Part shown: positions 28,496-38,897 of the stretch, in pieces
Position numbering within the stretch: the first letter of the stretch is position 1
Layout: every line of letters begins with the position of its first letter
DNA from: a virus
Strand: one strand, 5' to 3'
IMG/VR virus record: IMGVR_UViG_3300033998_000095
Span: 48,007-112,006 of that record
DNA: 64,000 nucleotides
Made by a program: the position numbers and the translations under genes
The notes under the pieces: model-generated
Seen by the model: only the letters and a program-made list of their open reading frames with translations
Told to the model about the DNA's origin: nothing
Database searches by the model: none

Positions 28496-29476
28496 ATGCT
28501 TAAAATACAATGGTTTATGATGACTAAACAAATTGAGTATATTCCATCTGTTTATTATTATGGTACTATTACACCATTAAGTGTAGCTAGAGGTTATTTT
28601 GCAGCTACTACTGTAGGTGATTATGCTCTATTTGGTGGTGGAAATCCTACATCTAATGTAGTAGATGCATATGATACATCTCTTACTAGAACTACACCTA
28701 CTGCATTAAGTGTAGCTAGAAGATATTTAGCAGCTACTACTGTAGGTAATTATGCTCTATTTGGTGGTGGATATACTGATAGTGCAAATTCTAATGTAGT
28801 AGATGCATATGATACATCTCTTACTAGAACTACACCTACTGCATTAAGTGTAGCTAGAAGATATTTAGCAGCTACTGCTGTAGGTAATTATGCTTTATTT
28901 GGTGGTGGATATCCTATAACTAATGTAGTAGATGCATATGATACATCTCTTACTAGAACTACAGCTCCTGCATTAAGTGTAGGTAGATATTATTTAGCAG
29001 CTACTACTGTAGGTAATTATGCTCTATTTGGTGGGGGTAGTGGTCCTTCTAATGTAGTAGATGCATATGATACATCTCTTACTAGAACTACACCTACTGC
29101 ATTAAGTGTAGCTAGATATAATTTAGCAGCTACTGCTGTAGGTAATTATGCTTTATTTGGTGGTGGATATACTGGTAGTGCAAATTCTAATGTAGTAGAT
29201 GCATATGATACATCTCTTACTAGAACTTTACCTATTGTATTAAGTGTGGGCAGACGTTGGTTAGCAGCTACTACTATAGGTAATTATGCTCTATTTGGTG
29301 GTGGATCTACTAATGGTAATGTAGTAGATGCCTATGATACATCTCTTACTAGAACTACACCTACACCATTAAGTGTAGCTAGAGGTTATTTAGCAGCTAC
29401 TACAGTAGGTAATTATGCTCTATTTGGTGGGGGAGATCCTACATCTAATGTAGTAGATGCATACTATGTATTTTAA
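28496..29476 (+). CDS. Seven-bladed kelch beta-propeller, putative receptor-binding protein
   Basis: 7 repeats of LSVAR..LAATTVGNYALFGGG...NVVDAYD. Confidence 0.88.
   Translation: MLKIQWFMMTKQIEYIPSVYYYGTITPLSVARGYFAATTVGDYALFGGGNPTSNVVDAYDTSLTRTTPTALSVARRYLAATTVGNYALFGGGYTDSANSNVVDAYDTSLTRTTPTALSVARRYLAATAVGNYALFGGGYPITNVVDAYDTSLTRTTAPALSVGRYYLAATTVGNYALFGGGSGPSNVVDAYDTSLTRTTPTALSVARYNLAATAVGNYALFGGGYTGSANSNVVDAYDTSLTRTLPIVLSVGRRWLAATTIGNYALFGGGSTNGNVVDAYDTSLTRTTPTPLSVARGYLAATTVGNYALFGGGDPTSNVVDAYYVF
28571..29465 (+). repeat. Near-identical tandem DNA repeats (~129-138 bp x7)
   Basis: TAATGTAGTAGATGCATATGATACATCTCTTACTAGAAC recurs almost unchanged. Confidence 0.95.
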
Positions 29477-29578
29477 TTATAAATGTTTTTTTTAAATTAT
29501 TTATAATTATAATAATATTGTTTAAAATCAATATTTATTTATCATGTTCTTAATTTGAAAAAGGAGGACTAAACATAA

Positions 29579-29795
29579 ATGCCAGTAGAAAAGACATTGT
29601 TATCTAAAGATCAATTGAAATTAACCATTGATTGGGTGAATTATCAGGAGATATTCGCGATCAATATGATTTAATGCGTAATATTATTGATAATGCAATA
29701 AACAGGCAGGAATTGCCCAAAGTTATGCATATGAATATCATATAAGATCTCAGATTTTTGGAACAACAGTCGACGAAGCAGGAAGAAGCCTATGA
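29579..29795 (+). pseudogene. Degraded ORF remnant
   Basis: RBS AAGGAGG and ATG at 29579, early stop; a shifted frame continues IRDQYDLMRNIIDNAINRQELPKV. Confidence 0.35.
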
Positions 29796-29891
29796 CTTTA
29801 GATTTTAATTAATTATAGATAGTTCACGATAAAAAAGATAAAACAGGAGGTGAATAATAGACAATATATACTTTATTGTCTATTATGACAA

Positions 29892-30335
29892 ATGATAGGT
29901 GATATTATTAATTATGTGATTTCTAATGATATTATATTGAGCTTGATAATAATAGCTGTCATTGCTCTTAGTATTTATAGTTTCAGTAAGCATAAAACTC
30001 TAAAAGATATAGTTATTGCTTTGCTAGGTGTCATTGCATTTATCCTACTTTTATTTAAGAAATCAAATAAAGATATAGATGAAAAGATAGATGAGCTTGA
30101 AGAACAAAAAGAACAGTTAAAAGATGAAATGCACAAAGTAGATGAAGAAGTAAAAGAAAATAAGGAACAATTTGATCAAGTAATGGATGAAAGAAAAGAT
30201 ATAGAAACTGATTTAAATCAGAAACTGGAAGATGCTCAGAAAATTGAGCCAAAACCAATTGAATCAGATCAAGATATACTAGATGCTTTTGACTTTGCTG
30301 CTGATGTAGCTAAAAAGAAGAAAAAAGCAAAATAG
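29892..30335 (+). CDS. 2-TM + coiled-coil membrane protein (holin/spanin-like)
   Basis: Two N-terminal TM helices, long coiled coil, basic tail. Confidence 0.45.
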   Translation: MIGDIINYVISNDIILSLIIIAVIALSIYSFSKHKTLKDIVIALLGVIAFILLLFKKSNKDIDEKIDELEEQKEQLKDEMHKVDEEVKENKEQFDQVMDERKDIETDLNQKLEDAQKIEPKPIESDQDILDAFDFAADVAKKKKKAK

Positions 30336-30378
30336 CTTATTTGGATATTATTATGTCATTGTTATGAGGTGAATATAT

Positions 30379-30846
30379 ATGAAGAGAATGGTATTATTAA
30401 CTATATTTTGTTTAATATTTGTATTGACAATAGTAAGTCCCTCTCTGGCATTAGGTATGAAAATAGAGAGTGGTATACTTTCTTTACCTGATGGAAAAAG
30501 CATTAAAGTAGGACCAGGTTTTTATTTGACTCAAAATGATGCAACAGATGTTGCTTCTGGTATAGAAATATTAAAAGCAGATCTCCAACGTATACAAGCA
30601 GAGCGTGATGCATATAAAGAAGCATATGAACGTGAAAAGGAGACCAATGATAAAATTGCACAGATATATAAAGATCTATATCTTAAATATGAACAAAAAG
30701 CTGATTTATTGGAGCAATATATAGCAGCAACAGAGAAAGAGATAGCCTTACTTAAAAGTGAAAATAATGTCTTAAAGTTTGAATCTAAAGTATATAAAAC
30801 ATCTACGTCTATACTGGGTATAGCATTAATAATAGCTTTGCTATAA
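30379..30846 (+). CDS. Signal peptide + coiled coil + C-terminal TM (spanin-like)
   Basis: Domain architecture; adjacent to the previous gene. Confidence 0.45.
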   Translation: MKRMVLLTIFCLIFVLTIVSPSLALGMKIESGILSLPDGKSIKVGPGFYLTQNDATDVASGIEILKADLQRIQAERDAYKEAYEREKETNDKIAQIYKDLYLKYEQKADLLEQYIAATEKEIALLKSENNVLKFESKVYKTSTSILGIALIIALL

Positions 30847-30870
30847 TATGATGGGAGAGAATGATACAAT

Positions 30871-32772
30871 ATGGCAAATTTAAATCTAGATTATGCGTGT
30901 GTTGGATTAAATCCATCACAGTATATAGTCATAGCATATGTTACAGATATAGAACCCTGGGAATATAGAGAGTATATATTTTCTGTAGATAATCCAAATG
31001 TAGTGTTTAACGCAGAGCAAAATGCAAGTAAATTTATCTTTTATTTAAAATATAATCAAACTGTAAATGTAACTTGTACTGTTAACCTTTATGATTATAA
31101 CTATAATATGCAAAAACATATTTATAGTACGATTAGCAAAACTATTACAATTGAATCTATTGATGATGGCACATTGTTTAGAACTAGACCACGTATTAAA
31201 TTAAATAGAGCAGAGACTAGTTATATTCCCAGCTATGCTTCTTTTTCAATCGATATACCAGATTGTGGTATTCCACCTTTTGAATATTCCTGGAATGTAT
31301 TTTCAGAACATCCATATATGTTTTTTGCAGAAGATGATAGATTGTTTTTAATTGCAATGGGTAATGGTACATATAGAATATCATGTAGTGTAACTGATGC
31401 TGGTGGTATAACTGTATCTGAATCATTAAATGAATATGTATTATTGCATAAAGTATATAAAACAGCAGAAGCCAATCAGAATATATTCGATATATCAGAT
31501 TGCTGTGAATCAAGCAGTATATATTTTGATATATATCATAATGGGTTGCATATGATTGAATCATTAGATTATACTATAGATGTTATTAATAAAAAATTGA
31601 TTTTCAATTTTCCATGTAGGAAAAATGATGTAATAACAATATATAATTTCTATAGAAAATATGATGATATTACTACTGTAAATGTGAATACTAAGACGTT
31701 AATAGCAACACAAAATCAAACAGTATATGATATAGCAGATATATATGTTGAAGGAATGTCTAATATAATTGTATTTAGAAATGGGTTGCAACAAGTAGAA
31801 GGATTAGATTATATTTTTGTCTTTGATACCAAATCAATTGTATTTAATTATGGATGTAATGAAAATGATATTATAACAATTAATAATTATGTGAATATAA
31901 ATCCTAATTATGCATGGTTGGATATGAAAAGAATAACATCTGTCGCTGATTTGGGACAATATATATTTGACATAAGCGATGATTATAACAATAATGTTTT
32001 TGATATTATGGTATTCAGAAATGGTTTGCTGGAGATCTATGATGCAGCATATACTGTAGAAAATGAACAAATTAGATTCGTATATCCATGTGATAAAAAT
32101 GATGTAATAACAATATTAATACTATATCAAAATAGTGTAGCATCAGAATACGTTTTAGAAGTTGATGGAGTTCCTATAGAAGAAGATTCATCTGCTATAT
32201 ATAAACGTAAATCCAATGTATTCAAAGGTAAGTTAAGTGTTCCATATGATGTACCTGATGCTGATAAAGATGCTTTACTTGCTGAAATTAATTTACTTAA
32301 TAGTTATGATATGCGTCATATACTATTGTTTAAAAGAGATAAAGCTTCAGATAGTAATTTCTTTAATGCAATCAAAAACCTAGATGCTATATATTCAAAT
32401 GCTCAGTATAGGTTATGTGCTGTTGCGTTTGATAGTGATAACTATTTGTATTTTTATGTAAAATGTACATCTGATTATGCTGCAAAGACAGCAGCTAATA
32501 GATTGATTGAAACAGTATCATGGGTAATATATAAACATGGATATAGAGCTAAAGATGACAAAATAGCATTTACTTATGAATATGAACCTGCATTATATTC
32601 AGAACAGGTGGTAAGTGATATGACAGCATATTTGGAGCATGTAATGCAAACAAAATATAACAGGATGGATCTATTGGAAGTTCATGATGCTCTGAAAGGA
32701 GAAGTTGCAATTTTCTTAGAGTCTCTTAGAAATACTGATCCTATAATTATGCCTGGGTTGCAAAAGATATAA
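30871..32772 (+). CDS. Virion structural protein with Ig/PKD-like and repeated beta domains
   Basis: PPFEYSW...VTDAGG; three repeats of (V/I)(F/Y)(R/H)NGL...Y...C.(K/E)ND(V/I)ITI. Confidence 0.6.
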   Translation: MANLNLDYACVGLNPSQYIVIAYVTDIEPWEYREYIFSVDNPNVVFNAEQNASKFIFYLKYNQTVNVTCTVNLYDYNYNMQKHIYSTISKTITIESIDDGTLFRTRPRIKLNRAETSYIPSYASFSIDIPDCGIPPFEYSWNVFSEHPYMFFAEDDRLFLIAMGNGTYRISCSVTDAGGITVSESLNEYVLLHKVYKTAEANQNIFDISDCCESSSIYFDIYHNGLHMIESLDYTIDVINKKLIFNFPCRKNDVITIYNFYRKYDDITTVNVNTKTLIATQNQTVYDIADIYVEGMSNIIVFRNGLQQVEGLDYIFVFDTKSIVFNYGCNENDIITINNYVNINPNYAWLDMKRITSVADLGQYIFDISDDYNNNVFDIMVFRNGLLEIYDAAYTVENEQIRFVYPCDKNDVITILILYQNSVASEYVLEVDGVPIEEDSSAIYKRKSNVFKGKLSVPYDVPDADKDALLAEINLLNSYDMRHILLFKRDKASDSNFFNAIKNLDAIYSNAQYRLCAVAFDSDNYLYFYVKCTSDYAAKTAANRLIETVSWVIYKHGYRAKDDKIAFTYEYEPALYSEQVVSDMTAYLEHVMQTKYNRMDLLEVHDALKGEVAIFLESLRNTDPIIMPGLQKI

Positions 32773-32790
32773 ATATATGCTATTCTTGTA

Positions 32791-33258
32791 TTGATGATAT
32801 TAAATAAAGGAGCCATTATCCCAATGATATCTGTTTTTGATATAGCCAAATATATTTTAGAAAAGTATGAATCATTACCAAATATGAAGTTGCAAAAGCT
32901 TGTATATTATTCACAAGCATGGAGTCTAGCTTGGGATAATGAACCTCTTTTCTTCGAGGAAATTAAAGCGTGGGCTAATGGACCTGTTGTTGAAGAGTTA
33001 TATGAATTACTTAAAGGAAAATTTGAAGTAAATTCAGGTATGATAGAATCATTTAATACATTAACAGACGAACAAAAGGAAACAATTGATGCAGTATGTG
33101 AATTTTATGGAGTTAAAGAACCTCAAGAACTTAGTGATATGGTTCGTCTAGAAGATCCATGGATTAATGCAAGAATAGGGCTTGAAGAATATGAACGTGG
33201 TGATAGAATTATTCTAAAGGAAGCAATGAAGGAATATTATAGCAATATTGATATATAA
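32791..33258 (+). CDS. Panacea/SocA (DUF4065, GepA-like) antitoxin
   Basis: MKLQKLVYYSQAW, AWANGPVV, EDPW motifs. Confidence 0.88.
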   Translation: MMILNKGAIIPMISVFDIAKYILEKYESLPNMKLQKLVYYSQAWSLAWDNEPLFFEEIKAWANGPVVEELYELLKGKFEVNSGMIESFNTLTDEQKETIDAVCEFYGVKEPQELSDMVRLEDPWINARIGLEEYERGDRIILKEAMKEYYSNIDI

Positions 33259-33288
33259 TAATATCTAGTTGGGAGGTAAATCATTATT

Positions 33289-34248
33289 ATGGATATTCAG
33301 AATTATTTATGGGTAGCTAAATATAGACCAAAGCAGTTAGATGATATTGTATTGAACAATACAATTAAAACTGCTGTCAATAGTTTTATTGTGCAAGATA
33401 ATATGCCTCATTGTATGTTTATTGGTAAACCTGGTACAGGTAAGACAACATTGGCATTGATCTTAATGAATCATTTTACCAATAATGACAACGATAGGTT
33501 GTTTTTGAATGCATCTGATGATAGAGGCATTCAAAGTATGAGGGATATTGTTATTGAATTTATGAAAACACCACCATATTCTTCTAAATATAAAGTAGTT
33601 GTTATGGATGAGTGCGATAATTTAACTAACGATGCTTGGTTAATCATTAGAAATCCAATTGAGAATGATCAAATAAATGCAGATTATCTCACTAGATTTA
33701 TATTTACAGCAAATTATGCTAATAAGATACCTGATTTTATGAAATCAAGATGCGCTGTATTTGAGTTTACTAGTATTCCAAAGAGTATCATGATTGATAA
33801 GATCAGATATATATTAGGTAATGAAAATATCTCATATGAAGAAGAAGATCTTGTGAATCTTGTAGACTACTATTATCCTGATTTTAGAGCAGTTATAAAT
33901 AATCTCCAATCAATGTGTATAAATAATGTGTTTTCATTTTCTACTGGTATAGAATCAATTTCTACCCTTGCAGAATTGGTATTTAATACAATAGAAAATA
34001 ATAATATAGACCAACTTAAATACAATATAACTCAAATTAGAAATATAATGCATACTTCAGAAGTGAATCCAATAGAAGTCATCAGATATATTCTTAACGA
34101 AAAGGATGTTTCATTATCAAGTTATATTGTTTTGAACAGATACATGAATACCTTTAATAATGTAATAGATAAGGTAGCACATTTTATAGCTATGATATAT
34201 GAATGTATATTATTCAATCAAAAAATTGGTAAATTATCATGCAATTAA
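33289..34248 (+). CDS. Clamp loader AAA+ subunit (T4 gp44/RFC-S-like)
   Basis: WVAKYRP, GKPGTGKT, NASDDRG, DECD and SRC motifs. Confidence 0.93.
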   Translation: MDIQNYLWVAKYRPKQLDDIVLNNTIKTAVNSFIVQDNMPHCMFIGKPGTGKTTLALILMNHFTNNDNDRLFLNASDDRGIQSMRDIVIEFMKTPPYSSKYKVVVMDECDNLTNDAWLIIRNPIENDQINADYLTRFIFTANYANKIPDFMKSRCAVFEFTSIPKSIMIDKIRYILGNENISYEEEDLVNLVDYYYPDFRAVINNLQSMCINNVFSFSTGIESISTLAELVFNTIENNNIDQLKYNITQIRNIMHTSEVNPIEVIRYILNEKDVSLSSYIVLNRYMNTFNNVIDKVAHFIAMIYECILFNQKIGKLSCN

Positions 34249-35138
34249 AAGACATATTAAAAACTAAATTAACTTATATTAAATCAAATACAAGGCACCA
34301 TATATTTAGATGTCCATTTTGTGGAGATTCAAAAGATACCACACATGGTCATCTATATATTGCTATAGATAAACCTGTCTTTAGATGTGTACGCTGTGGT
34401 ACTGGTGGCCATTTATCATATTTAATAAGAGAGATAGGTTTACAAGATGATCTTAATATTGAAGACTATTATGACAATGTATCATCAGATAGAAGTATTA
34501 CATCAACTTCAAATTTGTCCTTTAATATAAATGATGAACAATATGAAGAGTTTATATACGAATACATTAAGCAGAGACTTGGAGTAGATACTATTCTTCC
34601 AGAATATAACATATTCTCATATAAAACTTATGTTGATATAGTTCAAAATAAGTTAAAAGATATTGTTTTTGAAAAGGGTATTTGTTTTTTAACTTATTAC
34701 AAAAAGAAAATGATATTTAGAGTATTGAATGATGATAAGTTATTTAGATATTATAATTATTCCCTTGCAGATGGTAATGATACTTTTATTGTTAATAATA
34801 CAATTGATATATTTAAATTCAGACAGCATAAAACAGTTGTAATAGCTGAAGGTATATTCGATATACTTAATGTTTATATACATGGATATATTGATATCCC
34901 CGATGATGCTATCTTTGCAGCAGCACTTACTAGTACGTTTTCTAATACCTACAAATTGATAAAGTCTTTGACATTATGTAATTATCCCAATATAATAATT
35001 GTAGCAGACAATGATAAAGATGATAATAATTATTTAACTGGATTAAATTATAATAGCGTTAAAGTAGTGCGAAATAAAATTGATAAAGATTTTGGACAAT
35101 ATGATAAAGTTGATCCATATATTAGTTTAGAAATATAA
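34239..35138 (+). CDS. DNA primase (T4 gp61-like)
   Basis: Zn finger CPFCGD...CVRC; TOPRIM AEGIFD and ADND, KD. Confidence 0.85.
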   Translation: MQLKDILKTKLTYIKSNTRHHIFRCPFCGDSKDTTHGHLYIAIDKPVFRCVRCGTGGHLSYLIREIGLQDDLNIEDYYDNVSSDRSITSTSNLSFNINDEQYEEFIYEYIKQRLGVDTILPEYNIFSYKTYVDIVQNKLKDIVFEKGICFLTYYKKKMIFRVLNDDKLFRYYNYSLADGNDTFIVNNTIDIFKFRQHKTVVIAEGIFDILNVYIHGYIDIPDDAIFAAALTSTFSNTYKLIKSLTLCNYPNIIIVADNDKDDNNYLTGLNYNSVKVVRNKIDKDFGQYDKVDPYISLEI

Positions 35139-35171
35139 TTAATCATTATAATATACAGGAGTGTGATATAA

Positions 35172-35903
35172 ATGATCTTTTCCAAAGAAGATTTTAAACA
35201 ATTTATTTCATTGTGTGGATTCATTAAAGGTTATTGTGATGATCTTCATATTAAAAATGCAAAGATACATCAAAAGAGTAATAATAGTCTGTTTGTCATT
35301 GATGCTGATTTATCAAGTATATTTAATGCTGATATTGATGAATTAAGACTATCAAATTTACAAAAGACAAATAATATGTTATCAGTATTTTCTGATGCTG
35401 AAGAAGTCACATTAACTAAAGATGAGAAATCCTATTATTTAAGCGATAAATCATCTACATTAGAAATAAGAATCCCACAAGATTCTATATTGACAAACAG
35501 ATATGATGAACAACTTATGACATCATATAATCCAGAATCTTACTTTTTAACATATAAATTAGATGATTATATATTAAAGAAAATAAAGAAGATATCTGAT
35601 GTTGTAAATACCCAAAATATTGAATTCAATATATCTTCTGATAACATATCTGCATTATTAACAGATACAGCCAAAAACATAACCATGACTGTATTTACAC
35701 TTCCCTATGAAGGTAGTATAGTTATTACAGAACCATACTCACTTAAATTAAATAATGCTTGTTTTTTAAATATACCTGCAAAAACAGATCCTACGCTTTC
35801 AATCTTTTATGATGAAAACACCAATATAGCTATCACTCTAGTTAGTATTAAGTTTTCAGATGTCATTAACATAGATATATACCAACGTACCAGAATACGA
35901 TAA
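35172..35903 (+). CDS. Sliding clamp (gp45/PCNA-like)
   Basis: 243 aa, two-domain alpha/beta pattern, next to the clamp loader. Confidence 0.55.
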   Translation: MIFSKEDFKQFISLCGFIKGYCDDLHIKNAKIHQKSNNSLFVIDADLSSIFNADIDELRLSNLQKTNNMLSVFSDAEEVTLTKDEKSYYLSDKSSTLEIRIPQDSILTNRYDEQLMTSYNPESYFLTYKLDDYILKKIKKISDVVNTQNIEFNISSDNISALLTDTAKNITMTVFTLPYEGSIVITEPYSLKLNNACFLNIPAKTDPTLSIFYDENTNIAITLVSIKFSDVINIDIYQRTRIR

Positions 35904-35918
35904 GGAGTTGAGCATACA

Positions 35919-36953
35919 ATGATCTTCATAGGATATTATCCATCTTGGTCTGATTTGGATTCTGTTATAGATCCTTCCAAACAAGTTAATATATTTGTAG
36001 ATCTTAAGAACTGTTTGACAGGGTTATTTATAAAGGAAGCTGTACAGACTGCTATAGATGTAAATAGAGGTTCGAAACAACCAATAACAGATATATTTAT
36101 GTCATGGTTAGACTTTGTACTTTTTCATTTTAAATATATGCATAAAAACAATATAAATATGAATTTGTTTCATATATCTGATTCTGGTGATTCTGTATAT
36201 CATAGAAGCATATATAGTGATTATAAGAAAAACAGAGTAATCACGAAGTTTAATACTGTATCAGAATTAGAAACAGATGCAGTAAAAAAAGTTATAAGAC
36301 AAAATTTTGAAGCAATACATAAAGCAGCCAAGAAAATGTATAACAATTATAGTATAAATTTATCACATTTTGAAAGTGATTTTGCAGCACATTATTTAAT
36401 AAAAACAGAGTTTAACGATGATAAATATATTAATATAATTTACTCAAGAGATACTGATATGTTTCAGACTTTAAAGTTTAAAAATACTAAGATATTTTAT
36501 AGAAACTCAAAAAATAATAAATGCTTTTATGATCATACTAATTGGTATACTAAATTTGAAAAACAGGTTGATATAGATCCAACATTTCCAGTAGAAAATT
36601 ATATTTATGTTAAATGTATAGCTGGAGATAAGAGTGATGATGTGCCTGGTATTAGAGGATATGGATTTAAGAAAACATTTGCATTCTTAAATCAAATTAA
36701 AGAACCAATTAACAATATTAAAGTTTTAAGAGAGATAATAGAACTAATGGATACTGATATAGCTCATAAGATGTTAGATAATTGGGATATAATTGAACGT
36801 AATTATAAGTTGATGTGCTTTGATGAAATTATTAATTCAATACCATTATCAGTTTTTAATGAGTTCAATAAATTAGATCAGCAAAAGAAATTATCCTTTG
36901 GAGAGACAATGTTATTTATAGACAAGATACATCAAATGTGGGGAGGAGTATAG
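35919..36953 (+). CDS. 5'-3' exonuclease/flap endonuclease (T4 RNase H-like)
   Basis: YKKNR, FESDF, SRDTD, GDKSDDVPGIRGYG (H3TH). Confidence 0.9.
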   Translation: MIFIGYYPSWSDLDSVIDPSKQVNIFVDLKNCLTGLFIKEAVQTAIDVNRGSKQPITDIFMSWLDFVLFHFKYMHKNNINMNLFHISDSGDSVYHRSIYSDYKKNRVITKFNTVSELETDAVKKVIRQNFEAIHKAAKKMYNNYSINLSHFESDFAAHYLIKTEFNDDKYINIIYSRDTDMFQTLKFKNTKIFYRNSKNNKCFYDHTNWYTKFEKQVDIDPTFPVENYIYVKCIAGDKSDDVPGIRGYGFKKTFAFLNQIKEPINNIKVLREIIELMDTDIAHKMLDNWDIIERNYKLMCFDEIINSIPLSVFNEFNKLDQQKKLSFGETMLFIDKIHQMWGGV

Positions 36954-36959
36954 AATAAG

Positions 36960-37673
36960 ATGCTTTCAATGCAGAAAGTCTTATATTATATAAAAAGACA
37001 ATTAGGTTTTCCATATGTTGGCATAGAATTATCTGATAATGATATAGAGATGGAAATAAAGATGTTTGTTTTACCAAAATTTTCCAAATATGTTCCAAAT
37101 GTTAATTGGGTTACAGTAAATCCTAATATTCCTCAGTATTTGGTATCACCAGGATCAAACATGTATTATATATTTGATCCTGATGGATGTTCTATATTAA
37201 ATGTAGTTGCTGTGCATTATGAAGAAACAGATTATTTGGTGCATAGATATCCTTATACATATACATTAGCTAATGAAGAAGAAGTTATTGCATATGTTGA
37301 AGGAATAGAACGAGCAGAAACTGCAATGATATTCTCAGGGGCAGCTAGAACATTTATGTATATACCTCCTAATATAATAAGAGTATATCCACATAGAGAA
37401 CCACCAGCATCTTTTATAGTTAAATATGAAAGAGTACATCCTGAGCATTTAGCTACTATCCCAGCTGAATTTGAAATAGATTTTCTAGTATTATCACTAG
37501 CACATATTATGACAATTTGTGGCAATATACGTAATAAATATCAGACTATAACAACTCCATTTGGTGATATTCCACTCAATGCTGATTTGAGAGAAAGAGC
37601 TGAGACACTAGAACAAAATGTTATATCTAGACTTGAGAGTTTGCCACCTAATATACTAATAGATGTTTACTAA
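36960..37673 (+). CDS. Neck protein (T4 gp13-like)
   Basis: YIKRQLGFPYVGIELSD and G.IR.KY motifs. Confidence 0.65.
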   Translation: MLSMQKVLYYIKRQLGFPYVGIELSDNDIEMEIKMFVLPKFSKYVPNVNWVTVNPNIPQYLVSPGSNMYYIFDPDGCSILNVVAVHYEETDYLVHRYPYTYTLANEEEVIAYVEGIERAETAMIFSGAARTFMYIPPNIIRVYPHREPPASFIVKYERVHPEHLATIPAEFEIDFLVLSLAHIMTICGNIRNKYQTITTPFGDIPLNADLRERAETLEQNVISRLESLPPNILIDVY

Positions 37674-37696
37674 TCAATAATTGAAGGTGATTCTTA

Positions 37697-38170
37697 GTGA
37701 CATCAAAGCAGAAGGCCAAAGGTAAATACTTTGAATCTAAGATAGCATCACTCATATGTGAAGGTTTAAATCTTGATGAATATCAATGCAAACGATCTCC
37801 ATTTTCAGGCAACGAACGTCTTGAGTTTGGAGATATTTATTTTTCCAATCCTGAAAAATATGGTATAATTATAGAGTGTAAATTCCATAATGATTGGGAT
37901 ATGAGATCTATATGGCCAACTGTTGGTTCTAAGTTTCTATCTTTCTTGGATGAATTATATGAAGCATATAATAAATATAAACATAAATTTAATAGAGAGC
38001 CTATATTTGCAGGTGTAGTATTCTCTAAACCATATTATGATATTTATGTTTTAACATGGTATGAGTTAAATATTCCAGTAAAAGTTGTATGTGCTAACAC
38101 ATATAATAATAATATATTATACTTATATCTGTTTAAAGATGTATTAAATGAATTAAAAGATATGATATGA
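37697..38170 (+). CDS. Holliday junction resolvase (PD-(D/E)XK)
   Basis: KAKGKYFE, RSPFSG, GDI, IIECK. Confidence 0.8.
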   Translation: MTSKQKAKGKYFESKIASLICEGLNLDEYQCKRSPFSGNERLEFGDIYFSNPEKYGIIIECKFHNDWDMRSIWPTVGSKFLSFLDELYEAYNKYKHKFNREPIFAGVVFSKPYYDIYVLTWYELNIPVKVVCANTYNNNILYLYLFKDVLNELKDMI

Positions 38171-38197
38171 TTGGACTGATATTTAAAAGAAAATATC

Positions 38198-38226
38198 TTG
38201 ACAAACGTTAGTAGTAAGGATAGTAT
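38198..38226 (+). promoter_or_regulatory. Sigma70 promoter
   Basis: TTGACA-17-TAGTAT. Confidence 0.6.
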
Positions 38227-38254
38227 AAAGCCACAATACTGGAGGGTATGATAA

Positions 38255-38659
38255 GTGGATGAGAAAAATTCCAAATATACTAAATCTATAGAAAGTCTTA
38301 ATTCTATAATAGAAGAAAGAAATAAATTAGCTGAACTATGTGAAGAAATTAAGGATGTTAGAACAGAGGTTCAAAATAGAGTATTAGGTTATATTAAAAA
38401 TAGTGCTAAGAATTTACCTAACTTTTATTCAACTAAAGAGATACTTGATACATTATCTTCTTTGTTTAAAACTGAGTTGGATATACATGATAGGATAATA
38501 CGTTCACATGAAAAGACTATAGAGATAACAGCTAAATATATTCCAAGTTCTGAAGATGAAGAAACACCATATGAATTGAATTTTGAGAAATTAAGTGAAT
38601 TAAAAAGAATGGTTTTTGCAACACCAGATCCAGATGATGGAGGTAATGATAATGGATAA
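38255..38659 (+). CDS. Helical hypothetical protein (possibly small terminase-like)
   Basis: Two long helices and suitable size; weak resemblance only. Confidence 0.35.
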   Translation: MDEKNSKYTKSIESLNSIIEERNKLAELCEEIKDVRTEVQNRVLGYIKNSAKNLPNFYSTKEILDTLSSLFKTELDIHDRIIRSHEKTIEITAKYIPSSEDEETPYELNFEKLSELKRMVFATPDPDDGGNDNG

Positions 38660-38897
38660 GGCAATACAGCTTACAATAAGATTGGATAATGGAGATATTA
38701 TTGTTGGAACATTAGCTAAAAGAGATAGAGATTTCATTTATCTTGATGATGCTGTTGTATCTACAAAGAGTGATACATCAACTGCATTTAGCGTATGTAT
38801 ACCTAAATCTAAAATAGTTTACATGTCATCTCAAGAGCAGATATCATTTAAACCAAATAAATCAAAACAATCTGGCAGACAATTATTAAGAGAGTGA
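38652..38897 (+). CDS. Sm/LSm-fold-like protein
   Basis: IRLDNGDIIVGTL...FIYLDDA...VCIPKSKIVYM; start chosen by the GGAGG RBS. Confidence 0.55.
   Translation: MDKAIQLTIRLDNGDIIVGTLAKRDRDFIYLDDAVVSTKSDTSTAFSVCIPKSKIVYMSSQEQISFKPNKSKQSGRQLLRE

Noticed and set aside
28571-29465. CRISPR array
   Set aside because: The repeats are in-frame kelch blades of ~130 bp within an ORF, not repeat-spacer units.
33289-35903. Archaeal host suggested by RFC/PCNA/PolB/DUF1874
   Set aside because: These fit a T4-like replisome; sigma70 promoters and the SLT point to a bacterial host.
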